A DNA stretch of 60,060 nucleotides from Candidatus Bathyarchaeia archaeon (GTDB taxonomy: Archaea; Thermoproteota; Bathyarchaeia; Bathyarchaeales; Bathycorpusculaceae). The position numbers and the translations under genes are program-made. The stretch covers positions 1-60,060 of the forward strand of contig JBEKHJ010000001.1 of NCBI GenBank assembly GCA_050012335.1, given 5' to 3'. Below are positions 10,717 to 19,604 of this stretch, piece after piece (the first letter of the stretch is position 1; the number at the start of each line of letters is the position of its first letter). A model generated the notes under the pieces. That model did not search any database, had not been told where the DNA came from, and saw only the letters and a program-made list of their open reading frames with translations.

Positions 10717-11835
10717 TCAAGTCTTCTTAGACTCAGAGGCATCTCTCATCACCAAATCTGCAAAATCAGATTCTCGTTTTGTTAATTGATCAAGATGGTA
10801 TTTTATGAGGCAAGACTCCCTCGCAACACGCGCTGCCAAAAGATAATTTGCCTCGCGCCCTATCAACTTAGCAAAAACGACACCATTTCTACGATCTGCA
10901 GCATTATGCCAAGGATACAGTTTTGCCAAATTCAAAATTCGATAATTCTTGCTGATAGTCGACAAGTATGCCTTCGGCATCTGAACCATGAAAACAAAGG
11001 GCTCGAGCAGAAAATGGTACGCGAGAAAAAGTCTTCTGTATAATTGAAGAAACCAAAATTTGCGGTCAAGCGTTCTTCGAAAATATTGGTCCTTCAGAGA
11101 ATAAGGCACAGGATGACGGTGGGCAATCTCCGAATCATGCTTTCTGGCAAAATAGAGAAACTCACAGACAGGCTTGATCTTCCAACCCTTCAGACAAATT
11201 CTTATGGCAAGATCATAATCTTCGTAGGACACGAGGGTAGGATCATATCCCCCAGCACTTTCAAACGCTGTCCTTCTAGTCAGAGCTACCCCGATGACGC
11301 CTACTTCGCCAATCAATACACTGAACCTATGATAGAGTTTACGGGGAAGTATAGCCTCTTCGCGCTCACCGAAGAATCTACCTCCAGTGTAAACAAGCCC
11401 TATTTTTCTATTTGTCAGCATGAGTCTTAGCGTTTTGGCAACGTAATCTTCAGACATCAAATCATCAGCTCCCATGGCCATGAAAAACTCGCCCCTTGAA
11501 AGCCGAATACCGTTATTCAGCGCTGTCGAAGTTCCTTGGTTTCTCTGAAAAACATATTTGACAGGATAGTTGGCTACAACAGCTTTAGTATCATCAGTTG
11601 AACCATCATCAATAACAATAACTTCTGTATGTGAATAGGTTTGGTTTAAGGCACTTTCAATGGAACCCTTCAAGTAGCGACCATGATTATACGTGGGGAT
11701 AATTATGCTAACCAACCCTTTTTCAAGTGGCGACTGCTCGTTTCTACCAATTTGAACTGAACCGGAATTCACAAAACTCTTCGAAACCATTTTTGATTCT
11801 TCACCCATATCATCGCGCTCTTTCAAAAAGCGCAC
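10717..11835 (-). CDS. Glycosyltransferase family 2
   Basis: VSIIIPTYN, VIDDGSTD, GADD, EDYDL motifs; alternative start ATG 11808. Confidence 0.92.
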   Translation of the reverse strand: MRFLKERDDMGEESKMVSKSFVNSGSVQIGRNEQSPLEKGLVSIIIPTYNHGRYLKGSIESALNQTYSHTEVIVIDDGSTDDTKAVVANYPVKYVFQRNQGTSTALNNGIRLSRGEFFMAMGADDLMSEDYVAKTLRLMLTNRKIGLVYTGGRFFGEREEAILPRKLYHRFSVLIGEVGVIGVALTRRTAFESAGGYDPTLVSYEDYDLAIRICLKGWKIKPVCEFLYFARKHDSEIAHRHPVPYSLKDQYFRRTLDRKFWFLQLYRRLFLAYHFLLEPFVFMVQMPKAYLSTISKNYRILNLAKLYPWHNAADRRNGVVFAKLIGREANYLLAARVARESCLIKYHLDQLTKRESDFADLVMRDASESKKT

Positions 11836-11921
11836 AAACCACTATAGCGGAGTTTTCTGACCACACAACTTCAGAACAAATTTAAATGCAACTCTCGATC
11901 TCCTGCAAAATACTAACTTAG

Positions 11922-13201
11922 CTGAGTGTTTGCGTTTTTACGTTGTTCGGTGTCTAAAGCTTATTTGCTGAACGCTTATACTCAGGATTATGTTCGGCTT
12001 CATAACTAGTATACCAAGAAAGCTCAAGCATCTCTTTTCAAAATTCAAGCCCCTGTTTACCAAGCCTCAATACGAGAACTTCTGCAGAGCTGAAATGGGA
12101 ATAATGGTGGCTGCCCAAGGAGAACACGACATCAAAAGCATAAATCAGCTGTTTATCGATAGAAAAGACCAGAGTAGCCTAAACCGCTTTATGACCAAGT
12201 CAAAATGGAACGTTCAAGACATAGTTAAGAAAGGCAGAGACCTGCTTCTTAGCGAATCAGAGCTAAACTCTGAAGTAGAGTACAAGCTGCTTGATGACTC
12301 TGTATGCAGAAAGTACAGCCCGCAAACAGAAATGGTGTGCTATAATCATTCCTCAACTATGGGAACTGCGTTAAGCCACGATTACGTGACATCGCTCTAC
12401 GTTAATAATGAAGTAGCAGTCTCTGACGGCTTAAAGCTATACGGTAACGAGAGGAAATGCAAAGAGAAAGGGGTAGAATTCAAGACTAAGGTACAGCTTG
12501 CCTGCGGTTTAATCAGAGATCATGTATCAAGAGCCAAACAAACCATCTGCCTTTGGGATTCCTGGTTCATGTGCCAAGACACAGTTTAGGAATGCCAAGC
12601 TCATAGCTATGACTGGATTGGTGAAATCAAAAGCAATAGAATCGTATTCTATGAGAGCAAGCGGTACCGCTTAGATGAGCTTTTTAATAAACTGCGTCTT
12701 GAAGGAAGCTTTTCTGACATAATTGTTAACGGCGAATTGTTTCACGCTTGTAAAGTGGATGTTTTCATGCCAAAGATAGGTGATGTTTCCATAGTTGTAA
12801 ACGTGAAGTCGCAGACTAAGGATACGCATTTGCTGTGTACTGATCTGGTTAACTGTGGTGTTGAGGAGATTGTGGGGCATGCATTGGAGAGGCATAGTAT
12901 AGAGGATTGTTATAAGGAGGCTAAAGCGTTAGGTCTAGGCGAGTACAGGTTTAGAGAGAGCGAAGCGGCGCTTATACACGCGCACCTAGTCTCCCTGGCC
13001 TGCACTCTCCTTGATATTCTCAGGCGTAGGCTTCTCAGGTACTCTATTGTCCATCGCATACTGTCTTTTGAGGCTACGGTTGATTGGCTTAGGAAAAAAG
13101 CCATGCATCTTTTCATGCATAAGGTAAGAAGCTCAACGCAATCGTTTAGAAGCATTTTAAGGATGATAGATACAAGCTAACATGAAAGCGCAAACAGTCA
13201 G
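11922..13201 (+). mobile_element. IS701-family insertion sequence, 1,280 bp
   Basis: 23-bp imperfect TIRs: ctgagtgtttgcgtttttacgtt (11922-11944) and aacatgaaagcgcaaacagtcag (13179-13201), 19/23 match. 4-bp TTAG target duplication at 11918-11921 and 13202-13205 fits the YTAR target of IS701. Confidence 0.88.
11990..13180 (+). pseudogene. IS701-family DDE transposase interrupted by one in-frame TAG (12587-12589)
   Basis: DQSSLNRFM, LLDDS, WDSWF and RHSIEDCYKEAK..LGLGEY motifs. The frame continues after TAG (ECQAHSYDWIGEIKSNR...) into ORF 12737-13180. Confidence 0.85.
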
Positions 13202-13726
13202 TTAGGTAATGTTTACGCGTCTGACCTTGCCAGGACCCGCTTCATACCGTCTTTTCTTTGTGTCATACTCCATTTTTTCTTCATACGGCCGAGCAGGTAG
13301 CCCTTTGCAAGCTGTATTCGGAGGCACATCCTTAGTCACAACGCTTGCCCCCGCCACAAAAGAGTTCTCGCCAATCCTAACATCCGCCATTATAATGACT
13401 CCTCCGCCAATAATGGCTTTGTTAGCAATAATAACAGGTCTCAACTTCTGACTGACCGGGTACAGATCATTCAGCAAAGTTGTGTTCGGACCAATGAACA
13501 CGTTGTCCCCAACAGTGCATTCATTGGAAATAGTCACTGCCGCCTGAATAATACACTCTTTACCTATCTTAACGCCTCTCCCAATGTCCACAAAACTCCC
13601 TATTTTGGTTTCTTCGCCGATTTCGACGTCGTCGCCTATAACAACAAAATTCCAGATAACAACATTTTTCCCAATCTTAACGTTCTTGCCAACTATTACG
13701 CTTTGACCCATCGAAAAAGGTTCCAT
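13202..13726 (-). CDS. Hexapeptide-repeat sugar N-acetyltransferase (WbpD/WxcM-like)
   Basis: IGxxxxIG repeats, NDLYP, GASVVTKDVP..GLPAR. Confidence 0.9.
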   Translation of the reverse strand: MEPFSMGQSVIVGKNVKIGKNVVIWNFVVIGDDVEIGEETKIGSFVDIGRGVKIGKECIIQAAVTISNECTVGDNVFIGPNTTLLNDLYPVSQKLRPVIIANKAIIGGGVIIMADVRIGENSFVAGASVVTKDVPPNTACKGLPARPYEEKMEYDTKKRRYEAGPGKVRRVNIT

Positions 13727-13807
13727 AAACCATCACTCGCCAAACTAGAATATGGGATTCGAGATACTAATCAATCTTCTGTCCGTATCTTTGCAGTTTT
13801 TCGCGCG

Positions 13808-14335
13808 CTAATTGCTCGGATAAATTATGAAATTGAAGTTGAATGTCGTTGCATTATTTGTAACTAGATAACTAGCAACTTCCGAGGAGAACTGAGTGTT
13901 CAACGTTAATGTCAAAAAGATTGTTTGGCCAGGGCTTAAAGGATCTCTTCCGTAATTCCATGATAATCTTATGTATGATTCTATTCCCGGTGGATTCCAG
14001 TCAGTGGTACTAAATGCAAGTCTAATTGGAACGTTGGTTGTACTTTTCAGATAAAACGAGACGGTTCTTGATTCGCCAATTTGGAGAGTTCCCCAATTGA
14101 TTTTCCCATCAACAAGGTCCCCGCCGAAGACCTCTGCACCAATTACAGTAATGGGCGAAGCCGTTACCTGAGTGAGCGAAGCCGTTGGATTTGGAGTTTG
14201 AGTATGGATTGAATTCGTAGCAGTCGGAGTAGGATTAGGCGTAGGAGTCAGATAAGGAGATTTTTGTTTATTCAACAAAAAATTCGATGCAATAGCTGCC
14301 ACTAAGACAATTTTTCCTGTGAACTCAGATCTCAT
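13808..14335 (-). CDS. Hypothetical exported protein with PT-rich linker and beta-rich C-terminal domain
   Basis: 175-aa ORF; short hydrophobic N-terminus, PT tract, INWGTL...GES motif. Confidence 0.7.
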   Translation of the reverse strand: MRSEFTGKIVLVAAIASNFLLNKQKSPYLTPTPNPTPTATNSIHTQTPNPTASLTQVTASPITVIGAEVFGGDLVDGKINWGTLQIGESRTVSFYLKSTTNVPIRLAFSTTDWNPPGIESYIRLSWNYGRDPLSPGQTIFLTLTLNTQFSSEVASYLVTNNATTFNFNFIIYPSN

Positions 14336-14750
14336 TAGACCCTCTGCCTCAACAAAGCCCCAAACGCCCTCCGGAACCCGAGATCAATAATTACATCGGT
14401 AGCGTATCTTTTTTTCTCTCTTGGCGAATTGGATTTCGAGAAGCTTAATTCAATGTAAGTATTTGTCGGTTTTGGCGAAATTCTCAGATAACTCATTTAT
14501 CTCTTAGCATTTGATAATGGTTCTATGACTACTTTTGCTAAACTCTAAAAAAGTGCGCAGACCTTTCTAATTCTGACTCCAAAATTGACTTGTTAATGAA
14601 AATCTGAAAATCAACAAAGAATTGCACGTGTAACTTTTTGCTTCAGAAATTGACCTGAAATCTCAAGAACAAGGCAATTACGTGCAAAATATACATATAC
14701 ATATGCATGTTACGAAGTCATATATATTAAATCCGTTTCCATAGTAAACT

Positions 14751-14978
14751 ATGCCAGTAGGAAACCACACACGCAAGTCAAAAAAGTATGTAGAACATGA
14801 AATAGTCGGGCAGCCGTTCTCTGTAGATTCTGACGAACTTCAGCTATCAGATGAGTGCAATTCTGAATGGGTGGATGCGTGGAAAGCCGCTGCAAAACAA
14901 ACGATTGAATTTGAATTAAATGTTATTGCACAGACTAGACAAGAAAAAAAACTAGTAGGAACCAAAAAATTTAGGTGA
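14751..14978 (+). CDS. Small hypothetical protein
   Basis: 75-aa ATG ORF downstream of an AT-rich TATA-like tract (14719-14731); no motif recognised. Confidence 0.3.
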   Translation: MPVGNHTRKSKKYVEHEIVGQPFSVDSDELQLSDECNSEWVDAWKAAAKQTIEFELNVIAQTRQEKKLVGTKKFR

Positions 14979-15248
14979 ATTTCGGTCAAAACAAACGCGA
15001 TTCATTAAATAAACTGGATAACGCGAAGATCAGAGTTTATCTTACTTTCTGTATTTCGAGGGCAAGTCTTATCTTCAAAATTGATTGCTCAAATAGTGTA
15101 TCCTAACAATTTATGAAGTAAAAAAAGACATGAGCGACTTGAGTTTCAAATACGCTAAGCTATTGTGGATAGAACAATGTGACAACGTAGAATATGCCTA
15201 CTACAACGCGTGCAACGAGTATGGCTGCACCGAGCGTCTGATCTTTGT

Positions 15249-16208
15249 TCAATTGGTTTCGCGCGCGCGGTTATGACCAAATTTGAAATTCGCTGAGTAC
15301 AAAGCACTGGCAATTCTAGCTGCCGATATCATGGTCTCAGTGGTCAACACACCATCTCTTTCTTTCTTGTCGGCATAGTCAAGAAGCGGAACAAGAACTC
15401 TGTCAAGGTTTCTCGTGATTTCGCTCTTAACCGAACGCGTAGAAAAGTCTCGCAAGTGAAACCAAAGATGTAACGGAAGTCTCCGCTCTGCAGCAATATC
15501 TAGTAGTCTCTTTAGAAAAAGGGACTTCGTGCCTCGGTCTATGGCAAAGCTAGGATGCACTTCCCAAAGTGCGCCTACTCTATTTATGTACATGGAGTCA
15601 TTCAGAAAGTCACTCGATTCTCTGTAGCATTCATATCCATATTTTTCCAGAAGGTCTAGATGAGCTACACTGTTACGAGGAAAAATAAAACTTTTTGGGG
15701 TCAGCCCAAATCTTCGCATTCCGTTTGATACCATCTTGAGTTCTGCTTCGGCTTCATTGTACGACAGACTCTTGAACTTCTTGTGGTAGTAGCCATGCGC
15801 GCCAATATCGTGTTTTACCTGTGATTTTAGAAGCCTTACAAGAACCGAATCAGGCACTTCGGTTAGCTGTCCGCGGACAGCGAAAGTCGCTGGTTTATTG
15901 TACTTCTCTAGCAGCTTAATAAGCTCAGGTATTGCAGCCTCTTCTATTTCACCAACGGCATATTCGCTCATTTGACTGCTTACGTTTCGATCGTTTTTTC
16001 CTTGGTTGAGTATGCCCAATTCTTTGCTGCCTACATCAACGTCGATTGATATTATTAGCATTCCTTTCTCAAACTTCGAAACCGGTTTGATAAATTCAAA
16101 GGAAACCGCGTGGAACATTCCCGAGAGAAAGGAAAGAAACGCAGTTCGTCCATCTCCCAGAATTTTTTGAGAAAACGTTTGGTCTGTCGTTTTGATTTGT
16201 GTAGACAT
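15249..16208 (-). CDS. Polysaccharide deacetylase (CE4/NodB-like)
   Basis: ISIDVD, PATFAV, HDIGAHGYYH, SFIFPRN, LHLWFH motifs. Confidence 0.88.
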   Translation of the reverse strand: MSTQIKTTDQTFSQKILGDGRTAFLSFLSGMFHAVSFEFIKPVSKFEKGMLIISIDVDVGSKELGILNQGKNDRNVSSQMSEYAVGEIEEAAIPELIKLLEKYNKPATFAVRGQLTEVPDSVLVRLLKSQVKHDIGAHGYYHKKFKSLSYNEAEAELKMVSNGMRRFGLTPKSFIFPRNSVAHLDLLEKYGYECYRESSDFLNDSMYINRVGALWEVHPSFAIDRGTKSLFLKRLLDIAAERRLPLHLWFHLRDFSTRSVKSEITRNLDRVLVPLLDYADKKERDGVLTTETMISAARIASALYSANFKFGHNRARETN

Positions 16209-16316
16209 AGGTTTTTCAGACTCGGAATTCTTTACTTACATGATTTGGTTTTTCACGAAAAAGCCAATTACTGTGAAAGTGTGCGATTCTTCTTATCTCA
16301 GCATTTTCTAAGGGAG

Positions 16317-16895
16317 TCAGTCAGCATAGCCCACTTTGCCTTTGATCGAATCCTTAATTATTCGCTTTCGCTCTTCGGTCAATCCATGGCGTTCAGTCCA
16401 ACCTTCTTTCGGAAAGCTTGGTCCAGTGCGGATAGCCTGAAGGTGAAAATCCATGAAATCTCGTGTGCTGCGAACGACTCTGGCTGGATTTCCAATAGCA
16501 ACAGAATTGTCAGGTATGTCTCGGCTAACCACGCTCCCGGCTCCAATGATTACATTGTTTCCTACGTGTACATTTGGCAGAATTATGGTTCCAGCTCCTA
16601 TGAAGCAGTTGTTTCCAATGGTCACCGCTCCTATCTTGGAGCAGCCGAGTTGCCGCTTTGTGCTGGCGTCATGTGCCAGAATTACTACATTGCAAGTTAT
16701 TGTACAATTGTCTCCTATTGAGATTAGCCAGGGAAATGATCCGTCTATTATTGCAGATCTTACAATGTAACAGTTGGCACCGAGGTGCAGACCTTTCTTA
16801 ATGAGCCACTTTATTCGCAGTTTGTTTGGTAGTTCAAGCAACTCTTCGAGCACCATATACTTTTGTTCACTCTTTTTTCTTGGTTCTATTAACAA
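16317..16895 (-). CDS. Hexapeptide-repeat O-/N-acyltransferase
   Basis: LISIGDN, ILAHD, IGNNCFIGAG, GAGSVVSRDIP..GNPAR. Confidence 0.9.
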   Translation of the reverse strand: MLIEPRKKSEQKYMVLEELLELPNKLRIKWLIKKGLHLGANCYIVRSAIIDGSFPWLISIGDNCTITCNVVILAHDASTKRQLGCSKIGAVTIGNNCFIGAGTIILPNVHVGNNVIIGAGSVVSRDIPDNSVAIGNPARVVRSTRDFMDFHLQAIRTGPSFPKEGWTERHGLTEERKRIIKDSIKGKVGYAD

Positions 16896-17121
16896 TAAAT
16901 GTTTATCAGATTAATAACAGGCTCTTGAGTCAATCAGCCCATGTTGGGAAACGCGCGTGCTCTGAGGATAATTTGAACTCGTATTTTGGAACTGTGATGC
17001 GCGCATTTGTTTTTTATGAACAGTATTCTTGCTCAGCAACATTTATTAAATCGCAATATACAATAATACATAACTTATATGCGTCATGCCCCTAACATTT
17101 TTAGGGGGGAATCAATCACAG

Positions 17122-18276
17122 ATGAAGTTCAAAAGCCCATATCGAGTCTACATTGTAGTCACAGCATTGGTGCTATTGATAGGCATTTCCTCATTGGCTT
17201 ACGGCTTGATGACAGCGTCAATAACTATACCTTGCACGGGCAGTATAGCGATCCAGAGTGTTTCTTTGCTGCACACTTCAGGCACAGAACTCTACGACAG
17301 CAACAATAGCATAGCCAGACTGTATCTTACTACAATCCACGATGGACAAGGATTTCACATGTCACAAAGCGATATTCAAAATATTAAAAGCATGGGATTC
17401 AAAGGAATACGATTTTTTGTTTATTGGGGAATATGTGAAACTAGTCCAAGCACTGTGAGTACAGCATACTTTTCAAGCGGAACAGGCGAACCAGGAAGCA
17501 ACGCAATAGACAATTTAGTAAACTGGTGTAAAAGTTCTGGATTATACATTATGCTGTGTCCTGGCTGGACAACTACTTGGAATATTCCATCGTGGGCATC
17601 ATCTTCTGCTGGCACTACTACATTTACTACTGCTGGAGGTGGAGGCACCATTGACTTAGCAAACCAAACTACATTAAATGGTATTAACTATCTATATGGT
17701 TGGATGGCTAATAGATATGCTTCATACGCTAATGTTGTGTTTGAGAGTTTCAATGAATTACAAGTGTCCAATCCAGCAACAACTTTACAAAGAACAACAT
17801 TTTCATCATTTAACAATGGATGGATTTCTGCGATAGAAGCAAACGAAGGGTCAATCAATCACATAAAAGTAATTCAGCTACTTTACGATTGGAGCCAATG
17901 GAACTACGTTTTACAAACTTCTAGTCCTGCAACTATTTCAGTTGCACATAGTAACATCATATTTGCTACCCACAGTTATCCACTTGATAAATCATCTTTA
18001 AGCGTAGCCAACGGTTGCGAAAATGCCTGGGTAGGATTTGTTCACGGTCAAAATTATCCCATAATGGACACAGAACATAGTCACTGCCTTGGGGGAGGAT
18101 TCGCAGGACTGCAACAAGCTACAACTTTGTTAGTCAATTATAACAATGTTGGATGGGGGTATTTCGTGTACGAATACTCAGGAAACTCCGACAACACAGC
18201 CAACGTGAACAACCCGACTTACGGAGCATCGATTCTGCCCATACTTCAGCCTTACATGGCTTCATATACCTGGTAA
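17122..18276 (+). CDS. Secreted glycoside hydrolase family 5 (clan GH-A)
   Basis: Signal/anchor helix; MGFKGIRF; acid/base FESFNE; HSY; nucleophile PIMDTE; VGWGYF. Likely start ATG 17122 (track start 17086). Confidence 0.85.
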   Translation: MKFKSPYRVYIVVTALVLLIGISSLAYGLMTASITIPCTGSIAIQSVSLLHTSGTELYDSNNSIARLYLTTIHDGQGFHMSQSDIQNIKSMGFKGIRFFVYWGICETSPSTVSTAYFSSGTGEPGSNAIDNLVNWCKSSGLYIMLCPGWTTTWNIPSWASSSAGTTTFTTAGGGGTIDLANQTTLNGINYLYGWMANRYASYANVVFESFNELQVSNPATTLQRTTFSSFNNGWISAIEANEGSINHIKVIQLLYDWSQWNYVLQTSSPATISVAHSNIIFATHSYPLDKSSLSVANGCENAWVGFVHGQNYPIMDTEHSHCLGGGFAGLQQATTLLVNYNNVGWGYFVYEYSGNSDNTANVNNPTYGASILPILQPYMASYTW

Positions 18277-18507
18277 CCCCGACTTAACAACACCTGCCGT
18301 TCACACCGTCACAGCAAGCAAAACTGGCTACTTAACACCGTCCTATAAATATCGATGCTTTACTCGAAGGCACGTTCACAAACAATATCACACTGCAATC
18401 CGAGATTGTGGCGCTTGCCACAGACGCGAACTGACCTTGCTATGCACATGTGCATGCCGACGGGGTATTTCACTGACGCAACAGCGCACTACCTAGTCTT
18501 GAAAACG

Positions 18508-19443
18508 CTATTCTTCTCCAAGCTGATACCAAATCGAGTGCGGCACAATCCTACTGGCTGAATTATACAATTTAAGTCCCACCCTTTCAATCGGCAAGGG
18601 CAAAGAGTATTCTAACTTCCTATGAACTTTTAGTTTAATTGCCAATTGACCCTTTGTTGTCAGAGGAAGATAGTATCTAGGAAGAGGAAATCTGCAAAAA
18701 CCTTGATGCTCTCTGAATCTATCTAAGCTTGGGATGAAACCATATTTGTTTCCATACACTAGAAATTGCAGACCCTTTTCAGCGCATCTTCTTACAGCTT
18801 CGGATATCAAAGCGTTGTTTGGACATTTATCCCGATGCTTCATAAGCGATACGAAACTTCGAAACATAGCCGCTCGATCGCCGTATGCTATCCAAAGAAT
18901 GCCTACTAATTCGGAATTGAAATAAGCACCTAATACATCTGAATCTCCGATATTTTCGAACTTTCTCTTTAGAGCTTGTAAGTTTTGACCGTATCCTGAA
19001 TATCTTCGACCCTCCCTGTATGGTGTTTCATTGTAAACTTTCTGCACTCCTTTGAGAAATTCTTCGTTGATTTCGGCTTGCTTCACTTTGAGGCCGCTTT
19101 TCTCGGCTTTCTTTACACTCTGTCTTTCTCTCTTCTTAATCCCATAATTCCACCAATCATTATATGAGTTAATGCGCATTATCGCATAGTTCTCTATCTC
19201 TCTGTGAAAAGGATATTTCCCTTCAACCGATCCAAGAAAGTCTCGGCTAATGAACGTAAACAAATCTACTGCGTTGCTTCTGAGGTGAGCTAGAAGCTCT
19301 TTCTCGGGTTCGATGTCGAAAATGTATTCAAAGTCGAAATTGGCAAAAGAGTAAAACCAACGCTTTCCAATCCTACAGGTGATCATAGCATTCTTAGTAT
19401 TTTGGGAAAACACGTTGTCTGCAATGAAGGTCAATTTTACCAA
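18508..19443 (-). CDS. FemAB/GNAT-like acyltransferase-fold protein
   Basis: KKRERQSVKKAEKSGLKV, PNNALISEAVRRC, SLDRFREHQGF patterns typical of Fem-like GNATs in glycan loci. Confidence 0.7.
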   Translation of the reverse strand: MVKLTFIADNVFSQNTKNAMITCRIGKRWFYSFANFDFEYIFDIEPEKELLAHLRSNAVDLFTFISRDFLGSVEGKYPFHREIENYAIMRINSYNDWWNYGIKKRERQSVKKAEKSGLKVKQAEINEEFLKGVQKVYNETPYREGRRYSGYGQNLQALKRKFENIGDSDVLGAYFNSELVGILWIAYGDRAAMFRSFVSLMKHRDKCPNNALISEAVRRCAEKGLQFLVYGNKYGFIPSLDRFREHQGFCRFPLPRYYLPLTTKGQLAIKLKVHRKLEYSLPLPIERVGLKLYNSASRIVPHSIWYQLGEE

Positions 19444-19604
19444 CTCTCTAAGTTTAAGAACCCAGCATTGATTTCAGTATTCTGATCTTTCGCATCGGAT
19501 TTCAAACCAATCAAGGTTTTCAAATCTCTTGATTTCCGTGGACTGTTAAGCCAGCTCTTTTGCTGCAGAAGACCTCTTGATGAAGCCAAGTGCACTAGAT
19601 TGCT

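Noticed and set aside
12587-12589. Pyrrolysine readthrough of the transposase amber codon
   Set aside because: TAG is a very common true stop in this window (e.g. genes ending at 13808, 18508, 19605, 30245, 31815, 33416, 36465, 53412) and no pyl genes are visible. A nonsense mutation is the simpler explanation.
16110-16721. 203-aa plus-strand ORF (likewise 36526-37089, 52853-53437, 55549-56136, 59753-60049)
   Set aside because: Antisense to well-supported genes, with no recognisable motifs.
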